Assembly (NCBI RefSeq): GCF_963921235.1
Contig: NC_086108.1
Span: forward strand, 69,132,001-69,196,000
DNA length: 64,000 bases
Direction of reading: 5' to 3'
Source: Mobula hypostoma
Lineage: Eukaryota
Shown one piece after another: positions 13,101-24,350 of this stretch. The notes beneath the pieces were generated by a model that was not told where the DNA came from, made no database searches, and saw only the letters and a list, made by a program, of their open reading frames with translations. Positions within the stretch are counted from its first letter, which is position 1. Each line of letters begins with the position of its first letter. A program made the translations under genes and the position numbers.

Positions 13101-14423
13101 CTGGAGGATCCATTTGCTTAGGCAACACCTGTGGAGGGAAATGAACATTTGATGTTTCAGGTTGAGACCCTTCATCAGCAGTTCATTTTTGCTCCATGCA
13201 GTCTTCCAAATTTTCTGGGTTCCCTTTACAACTGAAACCCTTCATCTTCAGAATCATTTTAGTAAATCTCTTCCACGACAGTCTAGGAGTTCCAGATCCT
13301 CCCCATGTGCTTGGCCGTAATTATGTACTTAACCTGTGTTTTTAGCCTTGGTCAATATGTCCTCCCTCCATCTGAATTTGACATTGTGCTTTTTATCCTG
13401 CAACAAGTTACTTAATAAATGCAAACTGAGATGGCTACTGCTTCTGTAACTCTTGCACTGTATCACTCAAGCATCATTGGGAGCTTTGTAATAACTGTGT
13501 GTGTGTGGGCATCAAATAACCCGTTTAATAACAGCAGGGAAATGTACTCATCTGCAAATCCACTCTCAGAAATTAATAGTTTTTCAATTGCAATGTTTAT
13601 CAATGTGAGAAATAAATATAAATGATATTGTATTTCCTTCAAAACATTATTTGTTTTGATCAATCTGTGCAAGGATACTTGAGATCGTGTTAGCGACTGC
13701 TATAACACCCAGTCACAGAATAAGGTATTTCTCTCTTTTACATTTTGATTCCGATATACTTGCACAACCAACTACATTCCACAACTGTTTCAATGGCAGG
13801 TGCAGTAAGTTTGCTCACAACGTTATTTTATTGGCTGTGATAATGAACTTTTAAAAATTACAAATCTCAGATCGATTTTGATTTGGGATTTGTTGGTCTA
13901 AGTTGCATAAAACTAACCAGATTATTTTAATGGTCAGCACCATAAGCACTCAATGTTGATGTAAGAACACAAGGAAGCTAATTGAATCACAAGATCCTTG
14001 CATTAACCAGTACCCTTTTTGAAGTTGTCATTAACTCTGCTTTCTTCAATATTCCAAATAATGAATTCTGGATCAAAACCTTCCTCCCTTTCCCACACTC
14101 CTCAATTATATAAAAACAGAATCTTAAAAGTGAAAGCTGTTTCCCTCAGGAAATCAGATTTGTGTAAGGAATGGAAATGAACCCCTTACAAAGAAATATG
14201 TTTAGAAAGTGCTATTCACAACATCAGGAAATGCTGAAGTATGTTACAACCACATACTTATAATGCGATGCAGCATTATTATGTAGGAGACATAACTATC
14301 TATATGGACAGCAAGATCCAAAGATAGCAGTATGATAATAACCAGAGTATCTGTTCTATTCATCTTTGTACCTTTAACACTTACTTGAGGGAGCATTTGA
14401 ATAATCGCATCTCCAACAATATA

Positions 14424-14877
14424 CACTTAATGCCACTTTGTTAGGAAAACCTACACACTTCATTAATGCAAATATCTCAGTGCAGAAAAGCTTGCAGACA
14501 TGTTCAACTGATTCAGTTGTACAGATCAAACATCAGAATGAGGAAGAAATGTGCCTGAAATGACTTTGATGGAGGAATAATGTTGGTGCCAGATGGGGTA
14601 GTTTGAGTATCTCAGAAAATGCTGATCCCCTGGGATTTTCATGCACAACAGTCTGCAGAGCAGGGGTTAGGTTTGGCAGGGAATGGCCTGACCCATTCAA
14701 GCTGGCAGGGTCTCAAATAACCATGTGTTACAACAGTGGTGTGCAGAAGAGCATCACTGAATGCACAACATTTCAAATATTGAAGTGGACGGGCTACAGC
14801 AGCAGGAGATCACAAACTTGCACACTGTGGCTACCTTATGAGTTATAGGAGGTACCTAATAAAGTGACCACTGAGTG
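14424..14877 (+). mobile_element. Non-autonomous Tc1/mariner element
   Basis: TA then CACTTAATGCCACTTTGTTAGG at the left; CCTAATAAAGTGACCACTGAGTG at the right. Internal remnant of the transposase N-terminus (SISENADPLGFS..YNSGVQKSITE). Confidence 0.8.
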
Positions 14878-15349
14878 TGTTTCTTCACGTTGCACTGGAA
14901 TATCAAATGGATTTTGTTTTGTTTGGCTCAGACGTCTGAAGTGGATTGTCATGGTAGGACCATTACAAATATAAAAACTTTCAGTATAGTTCCGTTTGCC
15001 TGCTGTTTTTCAGCAATGGTACTTTTATCTTAAATGATTTATGCAGAAAAATCCAAACTGACAGTGCAATGCAATACTGATGGAGCAATGTATTAAGATG
15101 AAGCTTGATCTACTCTGTGGAGAGGGTACTCACTGGCTCGTAATATGCTTTGGCAGGTTTTGATTCCATAGACAGTACCATCTAAATCCCACATTGTTTT
15201 TAAGCTGCCATTCTCTTAAACAGAGAGAATAGTTAAATTTTTAAAGAATTGACAAAGAAGTTGGATTTCTTCAATGAAATTTAGAAGGGATATACTTTTC
15301 TGGTGTAATTTTCAGGCTATATGGATATACAGTGGATATGCCTTATCTA

Positions 15350-15612
15350 TATAACCATATAGCAATTACAGCACAGAAACAGGCCATCTCCGCCCTTCCA
15401 GTCCATTCCGAACTCTTACTCTCACCTAGTCCCACTGACCTGCATTCAGCCCATAACCCTCCATTCCTTTCCTGTCCATATATCTATCCAATTTAACTTT
15501 AAATGACAACATCGAACCTGCTTCATCCACTTCTGCCGGAAGCTCGTTCCACACAGCTACCACTCTCTGAGTAAAGAAGTTCCCTCTCATGTTACCCCTA
15601 AACTTTTGCCCC
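15350..15612 (-). mobile_element. CR1 3' end fragment
   Basis: Reverse complement of a CR1 terminal region (AACTTCTTTACTCAGAGAGTGG) and tail. Confidence 0.7.
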
Positions 15613-15844
15613 TAGTGGTGGAAGAGCAGAAGAACTAAAGCATTCAGTGTTGATTAGATGTTTGAGATTAGATACAAGCTATAGGATAGTAAACTTTGTC
15701 ATCTTTAATTTTATGATGAGCTTTTCTGACCATATATAAACTTGATCATGGCAGCTTATTTATGTCACCAGTTGTATTGCCATTCTGGTCTTGATTTTTG
15801 TTGCTTCAGGACTTCATTAGACAATTGTCTAGTTACAGATTTCA

Positions 15845-16120
15845 TGGCACATTAGGGCAATTAGTAGAACTGCTGCCTCACAGTGCCAGAGACATGAGTT
15901 CAATCCTGACCCAGAGTGCTGTTGAGTTTGCATGTTCTCTCTGTAACTTTGTGAGTTTCCTCCAACAGGGGTGTTCAGATTGATGAATTATTTGGCCACA
16001 GTAAGTTGCCCCTGAGTTTAGGTGAGTAGTAGAATTGTGAGGAGAATTTTTTTTAAATGTGATTATTGTAAAGTAAGTGGTTGATGGCCAACACAGGCTT
16101 CCCATACTGTTATCTCTGTG
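15845..16120 (+). mobile_element. V-SINE/HE1-like SINE, degenerate
   Basis: GCTGCCTCACAGTGCCAGAGAC..GTTCAATCCTGAC..GAGTTTGCATGTTCTC, a V-domain-like motif. Confidence 0.7.
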
Positions 16121-17149
16121 ACTTCCCATGATCAACTCTGGATTAACTTCAATTTTGCCCATTTCCTAACATGTACATTTGAAGGAGGAAAAGAAGATTG
16201 GAGATCTTTTATTCAATCCTTATAACCTAAAGCAAAGTCCACTTAAAATCTGAAAGAAAGGTTCTTCCAGTAAGATGGTGGCAGGCTTGGATATAATGGC
16301 CTCTCTGGAGCCAGCCAAAGGTGTTTTCGATTTTTTTTTCAAACACCTTTTTTTTTATCATCACAAGACAATGCTGAACTTTAAGAACTTCAAGTGCTGC
16401 AGGTCTACCTCACCAGTGAGTTGTTTGTTGATGGAGAAGCTGGAAATGGTGTGGACTGTGTTGCTACCTGCGACAGAAAGGAGTCAGGGTGAGAAGGCTG
16501 GGTGCTGTCTAAGAGCAAGTGATTGTCTTGGACCTTTTTCGTGTGATCGCAAGGTCCTGTTAGACATTGGTAAGGTAAAATACTGCAAGTGCAGTTCATT
16601 GGTTTATTGACAAGGCCAGTGGGGGCGGGGGGGAGCTGTGTGGCCTCGGTTGTAGTGAGGAGCAGGCCTCGTGGCACACAACTGCCTGGTGCAGCACCCC
16701 AGGAAGTGAGGTGCTGGTGTCGGGGTAGCGCAGCGTCCACACTGGACTCGGAGGACTGGCCCTTCCCATTCCTGCTGCCTTCCAATGTTTGACAAGCTGG
16801 ATTGTGTACATTTGTCTGCAGACTACTGGCAGCTGCTTGTTTGTGCCAACAACACCCGTTCACCATCAGATTACAGGGCATGTCACTCAGATACTTGGGC
16901 TATATTGTTTTTTGTGTGACTGTACGCTTACTGCTATCTTACAGGTACTATATGTGCCCTGTGCTGTTTATGACTGTTGGTACTGTGTTTGCACCTTGGC
17001 CGCATAGGAACATGGACTTGTTCAGCTGTATTCATGGGTATTCATGTACGGTTGAATATCAATTAAATGAACAAAGTTGTTAAAGATTTGGGTTGGAGAT
17101 GGGATCCAGGGTCTTTGAACCCAAAATCTCTCCAACACCTTTCTCAATC

Positions 17150-18510
17150 TCCACAATGCTTTACAATGCCTCCTGAGGCAGTGATGTGCCTCTCATGTGA
17201 GATGTGGCAGTCTTGGGGTATGCCCCTCTCCCGCAGAGTCACATCTGCTGGAAGTGCATGCAGCTGAGTGATCTGGAAGACCATGTAAGGAATCTGGAGC
17301 AGCAGCTGGATGACCTTCGACTCATAAGGGAGAATGAGGCAGTCATATATGAGAGCTACAGGGAGGTAGTCACACCTAGGCTGCCGGAAGCAGGTCATTG
17401 GGCAACAGTCAGGGGGGAAAGCAAAGGTGAGTAGACAGGTAGTGCAGAGCACCCCTGTAGCCAACCCCTTGAATAATAAGTATACCGTCCTGGATACTGT
17501 TGGTGGGGATGACCGACCAGGTGTGAACCACGGTGGCAGGGCCTCCGGCACTGAGTCTGACCCTGTGGTGCAGAAGGGTGGGATGGAGAAGAAGAGAGCT
17601 GTCGTCATTGGAGACTCTATAGTCAGGGGAGCAGACAGGAGATTTTGTGGATGTGAGAAGGACACCCGCATGGTTTGTTGCCTCCTGGATGCCAGGGTCC
17701 GGGATGTCTCTGACCGGGTGACCGGGTGGTACGAGAGGGAAAGCAGCCAGAAGTCGTGATACATGTTGGTACCAACAACATGGGCAGGAAGAGGGATGAG
17801 GTCCTGAAGTGTGAGTTTCGGGAACTAGGCAGAAGAACAGGACCCCAAGGGTGGCGTTCTCAGGATTGCTGCCAGTGGTACGTGACAGTGATGGTAAGAA
17901 TTGGAGGAGATGGCAGTTGAATGCGTGGCTGAGGAATTGGTGCAGGGGGCAGGGTTTTAGATGTTTGGATCATTGGGATCTCTTCTGGGGAAGGTGGGAC
18001 CTGTACAGATTGGATGGGTTGCACCTGAACTCCAGGGGGAGCAATATCCTTGCAGGTAGGTTTGCTAGCATGGTTCGGGAGCGTTTAAACTAATTCGCAA
18101 GGGGGATGGGACCCAGAGCGATAGAGTAGTTAAAGAAGTGCATGGAGTAAAGCCAGATCTAACATATAGAGAGGCTTTGAGGAAAGAGAAGCAAAATAAG
18201 GGGTGTAAGGACAGTAAGGTAGAAGGGCTGAAATGTGTGTACCTCAATGCAAGAAGCATCAGGAACAAAGGTGATGAACAAAAAGCTTAGGTACATACAT
18301 GGAATTATGATGTAGTGGCCATTACAGAGACTTGGCTGGCACCAGGGCAGGAATGGATTCTCAATATTCCTGGATTTCAGTGCTTTAAAAGGGATGGGCG
18401 GGGGGTGGGAAGGTGAGGAGGGCTGGCATTACTGGTCAGGGTTTAAGGGTCGGCACAACATTGTGATCCGAAGGGCCTGTACTGTGCTGTACTGCTCTAT
18501 GTTCTATGTT
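17150..18510 (+). mobile_element. CR1 with ORF1 (zinc knuckle + SGNH esterase) and endonuclease start, joined to a CR1 3' tail
   Basis: Motifs VVIGDSIVRG, VVIHVGTN, DGLHLN, then LKCVYLNARSIRNK. 3' tail GAAGGGCCTGTACTGTGCTG..CTATGTTCTATGTT at ~18440-18510. Confidence 0.85.
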
Positions 18511-18623
18511 GATCTCAAAATCCTTCCAGAAACCTGCCTCTGTTACAACATATCCAATTTTATTAATGATGAGCAACACACACATAATGCTGGAGTAACT
18601 CAGCAGGCCAAACAGCATCTATG

Positions 18624-19493
18624 CAGACATTCCACCCTGCAAAAACTCATTTCAGGGAGGTAGCACCATCAATTTGCGGGAGACCTCCGGGAGAGGTGGG
18701 ATGTCTGCAATGGAGTAGCTCCTTAGCAGCTGGCCAGCTAGTTTAAATAACATTAGCTATGCTAATGAACGAATGACACCTGTTAAACTCACCTCAACAC
18801 ATCTTTTACAGACTTCACCCACCATGGGCGATAGAAAAGTCACCGTTGCAAACAGTGCAGTGAGCAACACTGTCATTATTTTGACCCCTATTACGCAAGG
18901 GTACACTTTAGTGTAGTCTGGGGTGACGTACGTTTCATTTTTTTTGGAACACTCTGTCATGGCGCGCGCACGCGCGCTCTCTCTCTCTCTCGTGGTCGCT
19001 CGCGCGCTCTCGCTTCCTTTCTCGCTCTCTCTCGCGCGCGCGCTCTCTCTTCCTTTCTCGCTCTCTCTCGCTCGCGCGCTCTCGCTTCCTTTCTCGCTCT
19101 CTCTCGCTCGCGCGCTCGCTTCCTTTCTCGCTCTCTCTCGCGCGCGCTCTCGCTTCCTTTCTCGCTCTCTCTCGCTCGCGCGCTCTCGCTTCCTTTCTCG
19201 CTCTCTCTCGCTCGCGCGCTCTCGCTTCCTTTCTCGCTCTCTCTCGCTCGCGCGCTCTCTCTTCCTTTCTCGCTCTCTCTCGCGCGCGCGCTCTCTTCCT
19301 TTTTCGCTCTCTCTCGCTCGCGCGCTCTCTCTTCCTTTCTCGCTCTCTCTCTCGCGCGCGCTCTCTCTTGCTTTCTCTCGCTCGGTCTCAAAAAAATTGA
19401 TTTCCGTGATATTGTATATAATTTGCGGGCATCAGGGAGCCACTATTAATATGCGGGAGATTCCCGGAACTTCCAGGAGAGGTGGGATGTCTG
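18624..19493. mobile_element. Non-autonomous DNA transposon (P- or hAT-like) with internal minisatellite
   Basis: TIRs CAGACATTCCACC and GGTGGGATGTCTG; 7-bp TSD ATCTATG at 18617-18623 and 19494-19500. Confidence 0.8.
18962..19385. repeat. CT/CG-rich minisatellite (~34-36 bp unit CTCTCGCTTCCTTTCTCGCTCTCTCTCGCTCGCGCG)
   Basis: Directly visible tandem array of about 11 units. Confidence 0.9.
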
Positions 19494-20359
19494 ATCTATG
19501 GGGGGGGAAGTACAGCTAACATTTTGGGCTGAGACCCTTCGGAAGGACACTGCTTGAAATATCAACTGTACCTTTTTCCGTAGATGCTGCCTGACCTGCT
19601 GAGTTCCTCCAGCATTTTGTGCGTGTTGCTTGGATTTCAGCATCTGCAGATTTTCTCTCGTTTGTGATTTTTATTAATGATGATTTGCATTTTTAATTGC
19701 ACTTTTCATAATCTGGGAAATAGCTTTCATTGTAGTAATTAGTTAATAACTAGAATTTAATTGTTTTTTGCTATTCTTATAAATATTAACAAATACACTG
19801 AGAGTAACTCCTCTCTTAGTCTTTTTGCATCCATCAGAGAAAGCACAAAAAAGTCTCAGTCCAGTGTTTCAATTGTAGGGTGTTGCCTAAAGTTACTGGA
19901 GATGAATGACTTCAGAAAGCTGTTTTCATTTGAAGTTACCTCAGGCAAAGGCCTCAAATTTTGCTACCAATGCCTTCCAAATATAAAGGATTCCAGAGGT
20001 TCTGCTCTGGAATCATATTGTAATACCTGGACACATAATAATAAATTCTAAACACTGATTATCTACTCTGTATGATTAGGCCTCTGCTTTGTAATTACAC
20101 GTTAATAATTGAGGTCACTGGTTTACAATTTGCATGGAAAACTGGCAAATCTTAACTTTGTGAAGATATTACGCCTCTGCTTTGCAATTATAAAAACTTG
20201 TTAATTATAAAAAACTGAAATTGAAAATTAAATTTTAAATTTTAGTAACTTTAAATAAATAAACCAGATATTCTGTTTTAAAAATGACTTGATATCAGAT
20301 GCCTTGAGGAATTAAATTTATTTGTGAACATATCCTAAGATTTTAAAATTTTGTTTCAG

Positions 20360-20500
20360 TAATTAAGGAGAAACTTAGCTGTGGCGTCGTACCTTGTCTG
20401 AACCATGGCAAATGCACTGCATATCCATTTAGTAGACTTGGATTCCTGTGTATTTGCCCTCCTGGATTTTATGGAGATCTTTGTCAACATCGCTCAGCAG
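20360..20500 (+). CDS. EGF-like domain exon (VIKEKLSCGVVPCLNHGKCTAYPFSRLGFLCICPPGFYGDLCQHRSA)
   Basis: TTGTTTCAG acceptor and GTAAGA donor; 141 bp, phase 1-1. Six Cys in the canonical C-x4-C-x-N-x-G-x-C...C-x-C-x2-GF-x-G-x2-C pattern. Confidence 0.92.
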
Positions 20501-20709
20501 GTAAGAACTTACATAGCGTTGAATACTATTTGTAATTTCAGGAGTGCCTTCATGTTGATCTCTGTAGTGTGAAAAGATTAGAAATTTATAGGCTGCCTGC
20601 TTGAAATTATTTTTCTTGTCTCTATTTGAATCATTTTTTTAAGTTGTTAGAGATTTGAACATGTAGGTCATGATTTTACACAAACTGTGATCATAATATA
20701 AAAGAATTC

Positions 20710-23700
20710 ACCTTGCAATTTGAGAGGGAGAAACTAAAGTCAGATGCATCAGTACTACAGTGGAGTGAAGGGAATTACGGAAGCATGAGAGAGGATCTGG
20801 CCAAAAAAGAAGTATTCTGCAGGAAGGATGATGCAACCATGGCTGACAAGGGAAGTTAAAGCCAACATGAAAGCAAAATAGCAAAAAGCATATAATAGAC
20901 CAAAAATTAGTAGGAAGTTAGAGAATTGGGAAACTTTTTTTAAAAAAAAACAACAGAAGGCAACTAAAAAGCCATGGGGGGGGGGAATGAAATATGAAGG
21001 TAAGCTAACTAATAACATCAAAGAAGTTACCATAAGTTTTTTTCACACGTATAAAGAGTAAAAGAGAGTTGAAAGTCAATATTGGACCGCTGGAAAATGA
21101 TGGTGGAAAAGAAGTAATGGGGGGCGGGGCAAGGGAATGCGCACTAACTGAATAAGTATTTTGCACCAATCTTTACTTTGAAGGACACTAGTAGTGTGTC
21201 AGAAGTTCGAGAGTGTCAGGGGGCACAGCTGAGTGCAGTTGCTATTACGAGGGAATTGGGAAACTCGAAGGTCTGAAGGCAGGTAAATCACCCGAAGTGA
21301 TGGTCTACACCCTAGGGTTCTGAAAGAGGTAACAGGAGAGATTGAGGAGGCGTTGGTAATGATCTTTCAAGAATCAATAGATTCTGGCATGGTTCTGGAG
21401 GACTGGAAAAATGCAAATGTCACTCCACTCTTCAAGGAGGGAGAATGGCAGAAGAAAGGAAATTATAAACTAGTTAGTCTGACCTCAGTGGTTAGGAAGA
21501 TGTTGGAGTCGATTGTTAAGGATGTGGTTTCAGGGTCCTTGGAGGTACATGATAAAATAGGCCATAGTCAGCATAGTTTCCTCACGGGAAAATCTTGCCT
21601 GACAAATCTGTGGAATTTTTTGAGGAGGATCAGTGGCTGTTGTGTACTTGGATTTTCAAAAGATCTTTGACAAGGTGGCACACATAAGGCTGCTTAACAA
21701 GATAAGAGCCCATTATTACAGGAAAGATACTAGCATGAACAGAGCATTAGCTGATTGGCCACAGCCAAAGCATGAGAATAAAGGGAGTCTTTTCTGATTG
21801 GCTGCTAGGGACTAATGGTGTTCCACAGGGATCAGTGTTGGAATCACTTCTTTTAGGTGTTGAGGAAGCAGGGAGGCTGCAGAAGGACTTAGACAGATTA
21901 GGAGAATGAGCAAAGAAGTGGCAGATGGAATACACTGTTGGGAAGTGTATTGTCATGCACTTTGATGGAAGGAGTAAAAGCATAAGCTATTTTCTAAATG
22001 GGGAGAAAATTCGAAAATCCGAGGTGCATAGGGACTTGGGAGTCTGTGCAGGATTCCCTAAAGGTTAATTTGCAGGTTGAGTCAGTGGTGATGAAGGCAG
22101 ATGCAATGTTAACATTCATTTTGGGAGGACAAGAATATAGTCCTCTCTATAGACTGTTTATAGTCCTAATTAGAAGCCAGTTTTTTTTCCTTAATAAAGG
22201 AACCAACTATTTCCCTTCCACAACTACCCTCCTCTGTCTGGCAGAACTGTTTCTTGCCCTCAACAATTTTTCCTTCAGCTCCTCCCACTTTCTTCAGACT
22301 CGGGGTAGTCATGGACACCCCTATGGGCCCCAGCTATGCTTGTCTTTTCTTTGGCCTCGTAGAACAGTCCATGTTCCAGGCCTTCCTTGGTAATGTTCCC
22401 CAACTCTTTCTTCACTACATTGACAACTGTATTAATGCTGCTTCATGCACCCATTCTGAGCTCGTCAACTTCATCAACTTTGCCTCCAACTTCCATCCTG
22501 CTCTTAAATTCACGGTCCATCTCTGACACCTCCCTCCCCTTTCTTGGCCTCTCTATCTCCATCTCTGGAGACAAACTGTTCACTGATATCTTTATAGAAC
22601 TACTGATTCCCATGGCAATCTTGACTACACCTTTTCCAACCCTGTCTCTTGTAAAAATCCTGTTCCCTTTTTTTCATTTCCCTTGTCTCCACCACACTTG
22701 TTTTCAGGATGCAGCTTTCTTTTCCATGACATCAGAGCTGTCCTCCTCCTTCAAAGAATGGGGTTTACCTTCCTCCACCATTGATGCTGCCCTCATCTGC
22801 ATCTCCCCCATTTCCCAAATACCCGTGCTCACCCCATCTTCCTGCCACCTTAACAGTGATTGGGTTCCTCTACCACCCCACCCACATCCAACACATCATT
22901 CTCTGCAACTTTCGCCATCTCCAAAGGGATCTTACCACCAAACATATCCTAACCTTCCTCCCTCCCTCTGCTTTCCGCAGGGATCACTCCCTCCATGATT
23001 TCCTTGTCCATTTTTTCCTCTCCACTAATCTCTCTCCCAGTACTTATCCCTGCAAGCAGCCTAAGTGGCACACCTGCCCATTCACCTCTTCCCTCACCTC
23101 CATTCAAGGCCCCAATCGGTCCTTCCAGGTGAGGCAACACATCACCTTCAAATCTGCTGGGGCCATCTATTGTATTCGGTGCTCCCAGTGCGGCCTACTC
23201 TACATTGGTGAGACCTGTCGTAAATTGGGGGACCGCTTTGTTGCGCACCTCCATCCGCCAAAAGCAGAACTTGCTGGTGGCCAAATATTTTATTTGATTC
23301 TCATCCCCATTCTGACACCCTCTTGAGCCAAGATGAGGTCACACTGAGTGGAGGAGCAACACCTTATATTCTGAGTAGCTTCCAACCTGATTGCATGAAT
23401 ATTGATTTCTCTTTCAGGTAAGAACAATTTTCCCTCCTCCACTCCTCTTCTATTCCCCACTCTGGCCTTTTGCCTCTTCTCGCCTGCCTGTCACCTCCCC
23501 CTAGCACCCCTCCTCCTTCCCTTTCTCCTATGTTCCACTCTCTTCTCCTATCTGATTCCTTCCCCTCCAGTCCTTTACTTTCCTACCCACCTAACTTCAC
23601 CTATCCTCCTTTCCCTCACCCCACTTTGTTATTCTGTTGTCTTCCTCCTTCATTTCCAGTCCTGAAGAAGTGTGTTGGCTGGAAACATAGACTGTTTATT

Positions 23701-24350
23701 CTTTTCCATAGATGCTGCCCGACCTGCTAAGTTCTTACAACATTTTGTATGTATTACCTAGAATATAAAAGCAAGGATGTGATGCTAAGGTTTTATAAAG
23801 CACTGGTGAGGCCTCATTTGGAATATTATGAGCAGTTTTTGGGCACCTTATTTAAGAAATGATGTGCTGACATTGGAGGGAGTTTAGAGGAGGTTCACGA
23901 GAATGATACTGGGAACGAAAGGCTTATCATAGGAGGAACAATTGATGGCTCTGGGCCTTTGCTTGCTGGAATTCAGAAGAATGGTGGGGGGTCCTCATTG
24001 AAGCCTATCAAATATTGAAAGGCCTAGATAGAGTGGATATGGAGAGGATGATTCTAGGACCAGAGGACACAGGCTCAAAATAAAGGGAACCCATTTAGAA
24101 CAAAGATGAGGAGGAATTTCTTTAGCCAGAGTACATTGGATCTGTGGAATTCATTGCCACAGGTGGCTGTGGAGGCCAGGTCATTGGGTCTATCTAAGGT
24201 GGAGGTTGATAGTTTCTTGATTAGTCAGGGTGTAAAAGGATACAGGGAGAAGACAGGAGAATGGTGTTGAGAAGGAAATGGATGAGCTTTGATGAAATGG
24301 CAGAAATGGGCTGGATGGCCTTTTTCTGTTCCTATGTCTTATGACCTTGT
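20710..24350 (+). mobile_element. Degraded CR1 ORF2 interrupted by a Penelope element
   Basis: DWKNANVTPLFK..GNYK.VSLTSVV..GKSCLTNL motifs and a CR1 3' end near 24340. Confidence 0.85.
22140..23759 (+). mobile_element. Penelope-like element (RT + GIY-YIG endonuclease remnant + pLTR)
   Basis: RT motifs TPMGPSYACLF and YIDNC; GIY-YIG-like AIYCIRCSQCGLLYIGETCRKLGDRF; degenerate hammerhead at ~23657-23695; TSD AGAATATA at 22132-22139 and 23760-23767. Confidence 0.88.

Larger units (their letters stand above)
18573..19668. mobile_element. Penelope-derived inverted-terminus element, split by a DNA transposon
   Basis: 15-bp TSD TTTTATTAATGATGA at 18558-18572 and 19669-19683, with inverted ATGCTGGAG.AACTCAGCAGG termini. 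Confidence 0.78.

Noticed and set aside
13419..13625. ORF with a mildly hydrophobic N-terminus
   Set aside because: No convincing donor in phase with the EGF exon and no recognisable homology.
18923..19519. 198-aa and 144-aa Arg/Ser/Ala/Leu-rich ORFs on both strands
   Set aside because: These are translations of a minisatellite inside a DNA transposon.
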